Shown: positions 10,700-17,781, counted from the first letter of the stretch. The stretch: 64,000 bases of DNA from Eubacteriales bacterium (GCA_045612665.1 JAZKZO010000004.1:1418-65417); one strand, 5' to 3'. A program made the numbers and translations. The notes: generated by a model not told the origin, from the sequence alone.

Positions 10700-11296
10700 T
10701 TATTTATCCTTTCTTACAAAACAACGCTTGATAATAGAAGGTATCTTCCTTGAAATATAAATCATGCCCTTTGTTGCAAGCTTGCATACAAAGAAGAAGA
10801 AAATCGCAATTCCCGCAACCGCAAATGATGAGCCAAGCGTAATAAGACCTGTGGTAACGTCGCCTGAAATCATAATAGCTATGCTTGAAACAATTCCAAA
10901 GCCTGGACTCAAAACAAATGCAAGCTCGCTTGCCCAAAGGGAAACAACGATAGCCCAAAGCGATACGTAAAGAGAGAAGATCACGGCAAGAGCGCTAATA
11001 AGGAGTGAGCCCCAAATAGGTGAGCCGACAGCCAAAAGCACAATCTCCCAGGTCTTGCGTTTCCTTGTACCCTTGATTTTGTTGCTTATTATTTTTGGAA
11101 GAGGAATTTCATCTGCTATCTGCAATGCGATTTCGTCAACGCTTCCAATAGCCTTGATGGCTTCTTCCTCGGATAGCCCGTCCTCGATGCGGTCGTCTAT
11201 CATCTCGCAAAAAAAGTCAATTCGTTCGTCAACCTCTTGCTTTGGCAGGGCAGAGAGTCTTTCTCTTAGGGCATAAATAAATTGCTCCTTGTTCAT
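10700..11296 (-). CDS. DUF1700-type membrane protein (PadR-operon partner)
   Basis: 198 aa. N-terminus MNKEQFIYALRERLSALPKQEVDERIDFFCEMIDDRIEDGLSEEEAI is typical of DUF1700; C-terminal TM helices. The start overlaps the PadR stop (ATGA). Confidence 0.7.
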   Translation of the reverse strand: MNKEQFIYALRERLSALPKQEVDERIDFFCEMIDDRIEDGLSEEEAIKAIGSVDEIALQIADEIPLPKIISNKIKGTRKRKTWEIVLLAVGSPIWGSLLISALAVIFSLYVSLWAIVVSLWASELAFVLSPGFGIVSSIAIMISGDVTTGLITLGSSFAVAGIAIFFFFVCKLATKGMIYISRKIPSIIKRCFVRKDK

Positions 11297-11583
11297 TCCT
11301 CATCCTCCTTTATTACAAATTGATAAATAGTCATAACCTCGCGCCACTCATCTTTAAATTCCTCAATTCTGTCAAGACCGAGCTTGGTTATGTGGTAATA
11401 TTTTCGAAGCCTTCCGTCGTGCTCCGAGGTGCGCACGGTTAGCATTTTCGCAAGCTCCAAGCGCTTTAATATAGTGTATAGAGTAGACTCCGACATTTCG
11501 ATATAAGGCTTCATATCCTTGATTATCTTGTATCCGTAGGAATCCTCGTTCTTGATTGCCCTTAAAACACAAATGTCGAGCAA
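11293..11583 (-). CDS. PadR-family transcriptional regulator
   Basis: LDICVLRAIKNEDSYGYKIIKDMK...STLYTILKRLE winged-helix signature. The track start is TTG at 11583. The frame stays open upstream to a TGA at 11616-11614 (see finding on start codon). Confidence 0.8.
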   Translation of the reverse strand: MLDICVLRAIKNEDSYGYKIIKDMKPYIEMSESTLYTILKRLELAKMLTVRTSEHDGRLRKYYHITKLGLDRIEEFKDEWREVMTIYQFVIKEDEE

Positions 11584-11765
11584 CCCTCGTTTGAGTTGAA
11601 TATCTATATCTTCTCACCTCTCTAATACTGCATCTTACATAATACATCATATCACGAAGTATGCATCCTGTCAATACCTTTTCGAAAAATTCAAAGAGAA
11701 GTGCGCTTGCTCCGTAATATTGTCGGTTTATGTAAAACGATTTTATAATTTTTTTAAAAAAGGTG

Positions 11766-11794
11766 TTGACAAACAAAATTTACTATGATATAAT
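11766..11794 (+). promoter_or_regulatory. Consensus sigma-A promoter of the tRNA pair
   Basis: TTGACA (11766-11771), 17 nt, TGaTATAAT with TATAAT at 11789-11794, 15 nt before the tRNA-Leu 5-prime end. Confidence 0.7.
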
Positions 11795-11809
11795 CTAAAC
11801 GCTTGATAT

Positions 11810-11897
11810 GCCGATGTGGCGGAATGGTAGACGCCACGGACTTAAAATCCGTTGAGAAGAAATTCTCGTACCGGTTCGAGTCCGGTTATCGGCACCA
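11810..11897 (+). tRNA. tRNA-Leu (anticodon TAA), CCA encoded
   Basis: Hand-folded. Acceptor GCCGATG/TATCGGC. Anticodon stem acgga/tccgt with loop cTTAAaa. Long variable arm gagaa-gaaa-ttctc. T arm accgg-ttcgagt-ccggt. Ends in ACCA. Confidence 0.85.
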
Positions 11898-11902
11898 TAT
11901 AT

Positions 11903-11980
<78 letters not shown>

Positions 11981-11984
11981 AAAA

Positions 11985-12011
11985 ATCCAACTCGAAAGAG
12001 TTGGATTTTTT
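11985..12011 (+). terminator. Rho-independent terminator after the tRNA pair
   Basis: atccaactc-gaaa-gagttggat followed by tttttt. Confidence 0.8.
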
Positions 12012-12230
12012 CATTTGTGCCATTAGGCACAACATCATTTGCGTGCAACGCACGCAACATCATTTGAGCGTCAGCTCAAAATCATTCCGCCGCAGGCGGA
12101 CACAAATGAACGATGTTGCACCGTTGGTGCAAATGAAGTTGCCTTCGGCAAATGATGTGGGCTTGCACCCAATGAAGTTGCGCTACGCGCAAACGGAATT
12201 GAGCCGTTCGCTCGGTTCGCCGAAATATAG
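12012..12230. repeat. Array of about ten short stem-loops with conserved 8-nt linkers, arranged as two opposed blocks
   Basis: Hairpins at 12015-12032, 12039-12057, 12063-12080, 12086-12100, 12116-12132, 12139-12151, 12158-12171 (weak), 12178-12192, 12201-12213 and 12212-12223. Linkers are ACATCATT/AAATCATT in the left half and AATGATGT/AATGAAGT in the right half. Confidence 0.7.
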
Positions 12231-12259
12231 TTGATTTTTGGTCGAAAGTGTGATATAAT
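12231..12259 (+). promoter_or_regulatory. Sigma-A promoter of the nucleotidyltransferase gene
   Basis: TTGATT (12231-12236), 17 nt, TGtgaTATAAT with TATAAT at 12254-12259. Confidence 0.6.
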
Positions 12260-12281
12260 AATACAAAAGGGGGGATCCACT

Positions 12282-13031
12282 GTGAGGGAAACTATTCTTG
12301 AAAAGCTTAACGAGATAGAGAAAAGAGAAAATATTAAGATTTTGCACTGCATCGAGTCGGGAAGTCGGGCGTGGGGATTCGCATCGCCTGACAGCGACTA
12401 CGACGTACGTTTTATATACGTTCGTCCCAAGGAGTTTTATCTTCGCCTTGACAAGACTCGCGACGTGATAGAGTGGCAGTTGGATGATACGCTTGATATC
12501 AACGGTTGGGACGTTCAAAAGGCTTTGACTTTGCTTCACAAGTCGAACCCCACATTATTCGAGTGGAATTCCTCACCTATAGTATATAAAACTACGGATG
12601 AATGGCAGAAAATATCGATGACGATCAATCGCTATTTTATGGCTAAGTCCGGGCTTTACCACTATCTCAGTACGGCAAAGAGTAACTATCACGAATATCT
12701 GAAGGGCGAGACAGTAAGGCTTAAAAAGTATTTTTACGTGCTTCGTCCATTGCTTGCGTGCAAATGGATACTTGCCGAAGGCACACCACCACCGATGTTG
12801 TTCCGTACCTTGATGGACAAGTATCTTGACGAAAATCTGAAGCCGGATGTTGAAAAGTTGCTCGATATGAAAATGAATATGCCGGAGATTGGAGAGGGCA
12901 AGCGATTCGAACGTGTGAACGATTATTTAGATCGTAATATAGAGGAAATCGAAGCCATTATCGCAGGATTGTCGTCAGAGGGGGCTCTTGATTGGGACGA
13001 ACTAAATGAGGTATTTCTGTCTTTACTTTGA
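12282..13031 (+). CDS. Pol-beta-superfamily nucleotidyltransferase (COG3541 / PF10127-like)
   Basis: I start at GTG 12282 (aaagggggg RBS) because the track start 12231 is the -35 box. The motif CIESGSRAWGFASPDSDYDVRFIYV is the G-S...D-x-D nucleotidyltransferase signature of this family. Confidence 0.75.
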   Translation: MRETILEKLNEIEKRENIKILHCIESGSRAWGFASPDSDYDVRFIYVRPKEFYLRLDKTRDVIEWQLDDTLDINGWDVQKALTLLHKSNPTLFEWNSSPIVYKTTDEWQKISMTINRYFMAKSGLYHYLSTAKSNYHEYLKGETVRLKKYFYVLRPLLACKWILAEGTPPPMLFRTLMDKYLDENLKPDVEKLLDMKMNMPEIGEGKRFERVNDYLDRNIEEIEAIIAGLSSEGALDWDELNEVFLSLL

Positions 13032-13155
13032 TATAATTGCCTTGACATTTAGATGCCTGAAAGTTCAGCATGCTTTTCCGGAACAATTCATAATCACACA
13101 CCTTTTTACTGTTCTTACCTACATTTACACACCTTTTAGTCGCTCTTAGGCAAAT

Positions 13156-13194
13156 TAAACCTAAATTGAACCACGGTTCAGTTTAGGTTTTTTA
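13156..13194 (+). terminator. Rho-independent terminator after the nucleotidyltransferase gene
   Basis: Long hairpin aaacctaaattgaac-c..g-gttcagtttaggttt followed by ttt. Confidence 0.65.
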
Positions 13195-13302
13195 TGATTT
13201 TTGAGGGACGCGCAAAAAGCTCATTTTACATTTATCATGGTATGTGGATGTTGAGGGCTTCTTTCTTTTACACTTTTGTAAAAGCATTTTTAATATATTG
13301 GA

Positions 13303-13331
13303 TTGAAAAGCGCTTGGCTTTATGGTATAAT
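13303..13331 (+). promoter_or_regulatory. Sigma-A promoter of the alpha/beta hydrolase gene
   Basis: TTGAAA (13303-13308), 17 nt, TGgTATAAT with TATAAT at 13326-13331. It overlaps the track start codon, which is therefore not used. Confidence 0.6.
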
Positions 13332-13372
13332 TGACATATCAAGATAAAGGTGGTGAATTTCCCATTAAGGGA

Positions 13373-14383
13373 ATGCGAGATATGAAATCAGCTTATGAGC
13401 ACAACAAAGATTTAATTCAAGGTGTTATACCGTCAATGTCTTATGATGGCGGTGATTTCCAAGAATGGAAGGCGGCGGCAAGGGAAAAGCTTTCAAAGCT
13501 TCTTGGTTTGGATAAATTTCAGAAGGTACCTTCTGAATTCAACGTGGAATATAAAAAGAAAATAGACGGGGCGACTGAGATTAGATTTACATATCAGAGT
13601 GAACTCGGTTACTGTGTGCCTTGTCATCTTTGGCTTCCCGATGGGGTTAAAAAGCCACCGCTGATGATTTGCCTGCAAGGACATTCTAAAGGAATGCATA
13701 TTTCCTTGGGCAGACCTAAATTTAAGGGGGACGAACAATCTATAAGTGAGGGAGACCGTGATTTTTGCGTAAGAGCCATTAAAGAGGGGTTTGCAGCAAT
13801 TTCGTTGGAACAAAGAAATTTTGGCGAATGTGGCGGAGATGAAAACGGACCAAGATGCTATGAGTCCACCATGACAGCACTTATTATGGGCAGAACAACC
13901 ATTGGCGAAAGAGTATGGGACGTTTCAAGACTGATTGATGTGATTATGGACAAATTTGCTGATGTAATTGACACAACAAAAATTTGTTGTATGGGGAATT
14001 CCGGTGGTGGCACTGCCACGGTGTATGTTGCAGCTTTGGAGGATAGAATTACCCTGGCAATGCCATCCTGTGCAATGTGTACATTTAAGGATTCTATTGG
14101 TGCAATGACTCACTGTTCCTGCAATTACGTGCCTAAAATATCGGAATATTTTGATATGAACGATCTTATGTCAATGGCATATCCAAAGTATTTTATTCAA
14201 GTATCTGGAATTGAAGATTCAATTTTCCCATTGTTTGGTGCTGAACTTGTGTTTGAAAAGGGAAAGAAAGTCTATGAAGCATTTAATAAAGATGACCGTT
14301 GCACGCTTGTTAAAGGAAACGGTGGACACAGATTTTATGCCGATGACGCTTGGCCGATTGTACACAAATATCTTTTTGATTAG
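13373..14383 (+). CDS. Alpha/beta-fold hydrolase (Abhydrolase_7 / acetyl-esterase-like)
   Basis: Nucleophile elbow CMGNSGGG, LQGHSKG oxyanion-region motif and a C-terminal GGH. The start is uncertain: ATG 13373 or ATG 13382 (aaggga RBS); an in-frame ATT at 13364 sits 8 nt after a strong aaggtggtg RBS. Confidence 0.7.
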   Translation: MRDMKSAYEHNKDLIQGVIPSMSYDGGDFQEWKAAAREKLSKLLGLDKFQKVPSEFNVEYKKKIDGATEIRFTYQSELGYCVPCHLWLPDGVKKPPLMICLQGHSKGMHISLGRPKFKGDEQSISEGDRDFCVRAIKEGFAAISLEQRNFGECGGDENGPRCYESTMTALIMGRTTIGERVWDVSRLIDVIMDKFADVIDTTKICCMGNSGGGTATVYVAALEDRITLAMPSCAMCTFKDSIGAMTHCSCNYVPKISEYFDMNDLMSMAYPKYFIQVSGIEDSIFPLFGAELVFEKGKKVYEAFNKDDRCTLVKGNGGHRFYADDAWPIVHKYLFD

Positions 14384-14401
14384 CAATCTTCCTGCGACTT
14401 G

Positions 14402-14470
14402 ATGATATACAACACTCCGTGTTGGTGATATGCAATGCTCTGCATTGATTATATACACGCCTTTGGCGTG
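14402..14470 (+). repeat. Three tandem 23-nt units, each an 8-nt linker plus a 6-bp/3-nt-loop hairpin with unit-specific compensated stems
   Basis: Units begin at 14402, 14425 and 14448. The hairpins are caacac-tcc-gtgttg, caatgc-tct-gcattg and cacgcc-ttt-ggcgtg. Confidence 0.75.
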
Positions 14471-14543
14471 ATGAAGCACGAGAGTTCAAATCACGTACGC
14501 ACTCCCCCAAAAATATCTTTTTTATAGCCCTTTTACAAAAACG

Positions 14544-14576
14544 AAAGCAGTCCAAACGGACTGCTTTTATTTTTTA
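14544..14576. terminator. Bidirectional terminator; inverted copy of the 8764-8794 sequence
   Basis: aaagcagtcc-aaac-ggactgcttttattttt between the convergent hydrolase and XRE genes. It overlaps the last codons of the XRE gene. Confidence 0.7.
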
Positions 14577-14773
14577 TCAAGACCCAAAATGTAGTCTGAT
14601 GAAACCTTATAATAATTGCATAAAGTAATAAGGTGGTGAATAGGGAGCTCGTTAGCACCTCGCTCGTATCTTGCATACATTGTTTGAGATGTGCCAAGTA
14701 TATCTGCTATTTCTTTTTGAGTCTTATCATTATCCTCGCGCAAATCGCGAATTCGCTTTAAATACGAATGCAT
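14567..14773 (-). CDS. XRE-family helix-turn-helix transcriptional regulator
   Basis: 68 aa. IRDLREDNDKTQKEIADILGTSQTMYARYERGANELPIHHLITLCNYY is a classic Cro/C1-type HTH. Confidence 0.85.
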   Translation of the reverse strand: MHSYLKRIRDLREDNDKTQKEIADILGTSQTMYARYERGANELPIHHLITLCNYYKVSSDYILGLDKK

Positions 14774-14812
14774 TTTGGCACTCTCCCTTCATCATTCTAA
14801 TGCTATTATATC

Positions 14813-14890
14813 AAGTAAATAAATTTACTTATCATAATAGTAAATATTTTTACTAAAAGTGTTGACTTTAGTAAATAAATGTACTATAAT
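14813..14890. promoter_or_regulatory. Divergent promoter region with three AGTAAAT-type inverted-repeat operators
   Basis: AAGTAAAT-AA-ATTTACTT (14813-14830), AGTAAA-TATT-TTTACT (14839-14854) and TAGTAAATAAATGTACTA (14869-14886). The third lies between TTGACT (14862-14867) and TATAAT (14885-14890). Confidence 0.55.
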
Positions 14891-14921
14891 GTTTTTGTCT
14901 AAATAAGAAAGGAGAATGACA

Positions 14922-15632
14922 ATGAACAATTTATTAAGCATAGACTTCATAGACCGAATGAGAAGACTCATGCGTGAAGCCTTCAAGATCAAAAAATACA
15001 AGGCTATGAATAAAGCCTTGGCGGTATTCAGCATTATAGCAATGCTTCCAATTATTATCACCTGCTTGGTTTTTGCGGGTACATATTTTTGTTGGGCGTT
15101 TTTCTACAAGGTGATGACAGACCCGATAAAAGCACTTCACGGACTTGTAAACAGCGAGGGCAAGGATGTAAGGCACGCGCCACAAACAGTAATTTACATA
15201 ATCTCTTGGCCTACAATATTTTTGCTTTATTGCATAGAAGCACTTATGATTCCCGTGCTTTCAATGATTTATGCAGTAACATCCGTATTGAGCTATATTT
15301 GGACACTCGGTGGATACAAATTCCATATATTCCCCGAAAAAGCAGAAAATATTGAAATAACAGTAGAGGGAAAATACGAAAACTCGCTCCCGCTTTTCTA
15401 CGTGCTTATGTCAGGGGCAATCCTTGCAGTAGTTCCGCTTTTACATCTCTTGATCGACTATATGAACTTCATTAGTGAATACGGCTCGAAAATGGCTTAT
15501 TATTACTATTTCCCATACTATCCTATATATATTGGAATTAGCGTAGTATTCTCAGCTATTTTTTCAATCCTTTGTCTTTCTAAATTGCCTAAGGATAAAA
15601 AATCAGAGAATAAAAACGAAGATAAAGAATGA
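14922..15632 (+). CDS. Polytopic membrane protein, function unknown
   Basis: ORF with 5-6 hydrophobic spans and a Lys/Glu-rich tail. I prefer ATG 14922 (7 nt after aaaggag) over the track ATG 14916, which abuts the RBS. Confidence 0.55.
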   Translation: MNNLLSIDFIDRMRRLMREAFKIKKYKAMNKALAVFSIIAMLPIIITCLVFAGTYFCWAFFYKVMTDPIKALHGLVNSEGKDVRHAPQTVIYIISWPTIFLLYCIEALMIPVLSMIYAVTSVLSYIWTLGGYKFHIFPEKAENIEITVEGKYENSLPLFYVLMSGAILAVVPLLHLLIDYMNFISEYGSKMAYYYYFPYYPIYIGISVVFSAIFSILCLSKLPKDKKSENKNEDKE

Positions 15633-15633
15633 T

Positions 15634-15661
15634 AAAAACGCACCATATGGTGCGTTTTTCA
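15634..15661 (+). terminator. Rho-independent terminator
   Basis: aaaacgcacc-atat-ggtgcgtttt followed by a T-run. Confidence 0.7.
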
Positions 15662-15729
15662 TTTTATGTGCTTGAAAAGCAATTAGAATTGTACTATAAT
15701 TAAAATATAGTTTCTTTGAGAGGTAAAAA

Positions 15730-16782
15730 ATGAGTAACATTTCTAAAATTGACAAGAATTTTAAAATAGAAACCAAAATTGCAAAAAAGGATATTGAATT
15801 TTTCGATATAAGGCAGTCGCCCTTCAAAATATACGGCGTTTTTTTCGAAAACGGTAAATTTAGAAGAATGCCCGAGACAGTTGCCAAGAGTGTAAGCGAC
15901 GGTGTTGCATGGCTACATACAAATACAGCCGGCGGTAGAGTGCGATTTAAAACAAATAGCCCTTATATTGCCATTCATGTCAAAATGGCAAATATAGGTA
16001 AAATGCCTCACTTTGCTCTTACAGGCTCGGCAGGCTTTGATCTTTATGTAAAGGATAAAAAGCCAAGCTATGTTGGCTCGTTTATTCCACCTTATGATAT
16101 GACCGACGGCTATGAAAGCGTAATCGAGCTTGGCTCGCGAAAAAACAGAGAAATCATCATAAATTTCCCTCTTTATAGCGACGTGTGTGAGCTTTATGTG
16201 GGAGTAAGCAACAAATCGACTCTCGAAGCTCCGTCCTCATATAAGCTTGAAAAGCCAATTGTATATTACGGCTCATCTATAACACAGGGCGGATGCGCAT
16301 CTCGCCCCGGAACCTCGTATCAGGCATTCATCTCGCACGAGCTTGATAGCGATTATATAAATCTCGGATTTTCGGGAAATGCAAAAGCGGAGAATGAAAT
16401 TATAGAGCACGTAAAAGGGCTTGATATGTCCGTATTTGTGTACGATTATGACCATAATGCGCCTACGATAGAGCATCTTGGGGCAACTCACGAAAAAATG
16501 TTCAAGGCGATAAGAGAGGCGCATCCGAGCCTTCCTATAATTATGATGTCCCGTCCGAAATATAAATTAAATAAAGAAGAGAAGGCTCGCCTTGATATTA
16601 TTAAGACAACCTATAATAATGCTATATCAAACGGTGATAAAAATGTTTATTTGATAGAGGGAAGAACTCTTATGAGACTTGCAAAAGCGGATGGCACAGT
16701 TGACAACTGCCATCCTACTGACCTCGGCTTTTATTCTATGGCAAGTGCAATTATTCCTGTACTCAAAAAAATATTGAATTAA
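15730..16782 (+). CDS. SGNH/GDSL-family hydrolase (carbohydrate esterase-like), paralog 1
   Basis: 350 aa. Block I YYGSSITQGG, block III GFSGNA, DYDHNAP, and a C-terminal CHPTDLG (D-x-x-H-like) motif. Confidence 0.8.
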   Translation: MSNISKIDKNFKIETKIAKKDIEFFDIRQSPFKIYGVFFENGKFRRMPETVAKSVSDGVAWLHTNTAGGRVRFKTNSPYIAIHVKMANIGKMPHFALTGSAGFDLYVKDKKPSYVGSFIPPYDMTDGYESVIELGSRKNREIIINFPLYSDVCELYVGVSNKSTLEAPSSYKLEKPIVYYGSSITQGGCASRPGTSYQAFISHELDSDYINLGFSGNAKAENEIIEHVKGLDMSVFVYDYDHNAPTIEHLGATHEKMFKAIREAHPSLPIIMMSRPKYKLNKEEKARLDIIKTTYNNAISNGDKNVYLIEGRTLMRLAKADGTVDNCHPTDLGFYSMASAIIPVLKKILN

Positions 16783-16791
16783 GGAGCACGT

Positions 16792-17781
16792 ATGAAAGCA
16801 TACAACTTTAAAGATGCACCAATTAAGCTTTTCGGTGCGAAGCTAAATAAAGATAACCGAATTGTTAGAATGGACGAGGACGTTGCAAAAACGGTAAATG
16901 ATTTTACAGCAGTTCGTATTTTTTCAGGTGCGGGAGTTAGAATAAGATTTAAAACTGACTCGAAAAATATCAAGCTAAGGGCTAAGGTGGCTAGCAACGG
17001 TGTCGACTGGGCAATCCCTCTTAGTGGATCTTGCGGAATGGATGTTTTTGAGGAAAATGAGCGCATTGGCGTATTCAATCCAAACAATTACGGTATTCTT
17101 GAATTTGAAAGCACCCTTGAAAAGAGCGATAAGCTTTCGAACATTACAATTATGCTACCTAGAAATGAGCCCGTTATCGACCTTGAAATTTCAATTGATG
17201 ACGATGCTCAAATGCTCGAGTGCGACCCTTATACCTACGCAAAGCCTATCGTCTTCTACGGCTCGTCAATTACCGAGGGTGGATGCTCCTCAACCGTCGG
17301 AAAATGCTACACAGCCCTCGTTACTCGTTGGCTTGACAGCGATTATATAAATCTCGGCTTTTCGGGAAATGCTAAGGGCGAGAGGACAATGGCTGATTAC
17401 ATTAAAAATCTCGATATGAGCATTTTTGTAATGGATTATGACCACAATGCCCCAAGCGTTGAGCATCTTGATGCAACTCACGAGCCGTTTTTCAAAGCTA
17501 TAAGAGAAGCAAATCCGACCTTGCCGATTCTTATTATGACAAAGCCCGATTTTGACTTTGGAAAAAGCGAAAATATAAAGCGCCGTGAAATAATCAAGCG
17601 CACCTATGAAAACGCGCTAGCAAACGGCGACAAAAATGTTTATTTTATCGACGGAGAAACCTTCTTCGGCGATAAGGATAGGTCCCTTTGCACAGTTGAA
17701 AAATGCCATCCAACCGACTTAGGCTTTATGAAAATGGCGGAGGTAGTGTATCCCGTTCTTAAATCAATTTTGGAGAAATAA
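16792..17781 (+). CDS. SGNH/GDSL-family hydrolase, paralog 2
   Basis: 329 aa, collinear with paralog 1 (FYGSSITEGG, LDSDYINLGFSGNAK, MDYDHNAP, CHPTDLGF). Confidence 0.8.
   Translation: MKAYNFKDAPIKLFGAKLNKDNRIVRMDEDVAKTVNDFTAVRIFSGAGVRIRFKTDSKNIKLRAKVASNGVDWAIPLSGSCGMDVFEENERIGVFNPNNYGILEFESTLEKSDKLSNITIMLPRNEPVIDLEISIDDDAQMLECDPYTYAKPIVFYGSSITEGGCSSTVGKCYTALVTRWLDSDYINLGFSGNAKGERTMADYIKNLDMSIFVMDYDHNAPSVEHLDATHEPFFKAIREANPTLPILIMTKPDFDFGKSENIKRREIIKRTYENALANGDKNVYFIDGETFFGDKDRSLCTVEKCHPTDLGFMKMAEVVYPVLKSILEK

Noticed and set aside
12001-12234. 77-aa plus-strand ORF from the track, covering the hairpin array.
   Set aside because: It begins inside the tRNA terminator hairpin and has no RBS. 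It ends in the -35 box of the next promoter. Its sequence merely reflects the repeated linkers (MKL..., NDV...). I treat the region as non-coding.
13095-13140. Direct repeat CACACCTTTT(T)A at a 30-nt distance downstream of the nucleotidyltransferase gene.
   Set aside because: There are only two short copies, no accompanying structure or partner motif, and they lie within an ordinary 3-prime UTR before the terminator.
12282-14383. Nucleotidyltransferase plus hydrolase as a CBASS-like or MNT/HEPN-like defence pair.
   Set aside because: The nucleotidyltransferase has the COG3541-type N-terminus rather than a CD-NTase or MNT layout. The two genes have separate promoters with a terminator between them. 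The hydrolase looks like a carbohydrate-esterase-type Abhydrolase_7 protein.
12012-14470. Reading the two hairpin arrays as CRISPR arrays.
   Set aside because: The conserved part is only 8-10 nt and the variable part is itself palindromic. Periods are 19-25 nt, there is no leader, and there are no cas genes in the window. This is the opposite logic to repeat-spacer arrays.
14477-14510. A possible tRNA 3-prime fragment (agTTCAAATCacg...ccccca) as an att-type direct repeat of the tRNA-fMet end, which would mark an integrated island.
   Set aside because: Only about 9-11 nt (GTTCAAATC, CG) match the tRNA-fMet T-loop region. No T-stem or acceptor pairing can be drawn, and no integrase is present. 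This is too weak to call an att site.
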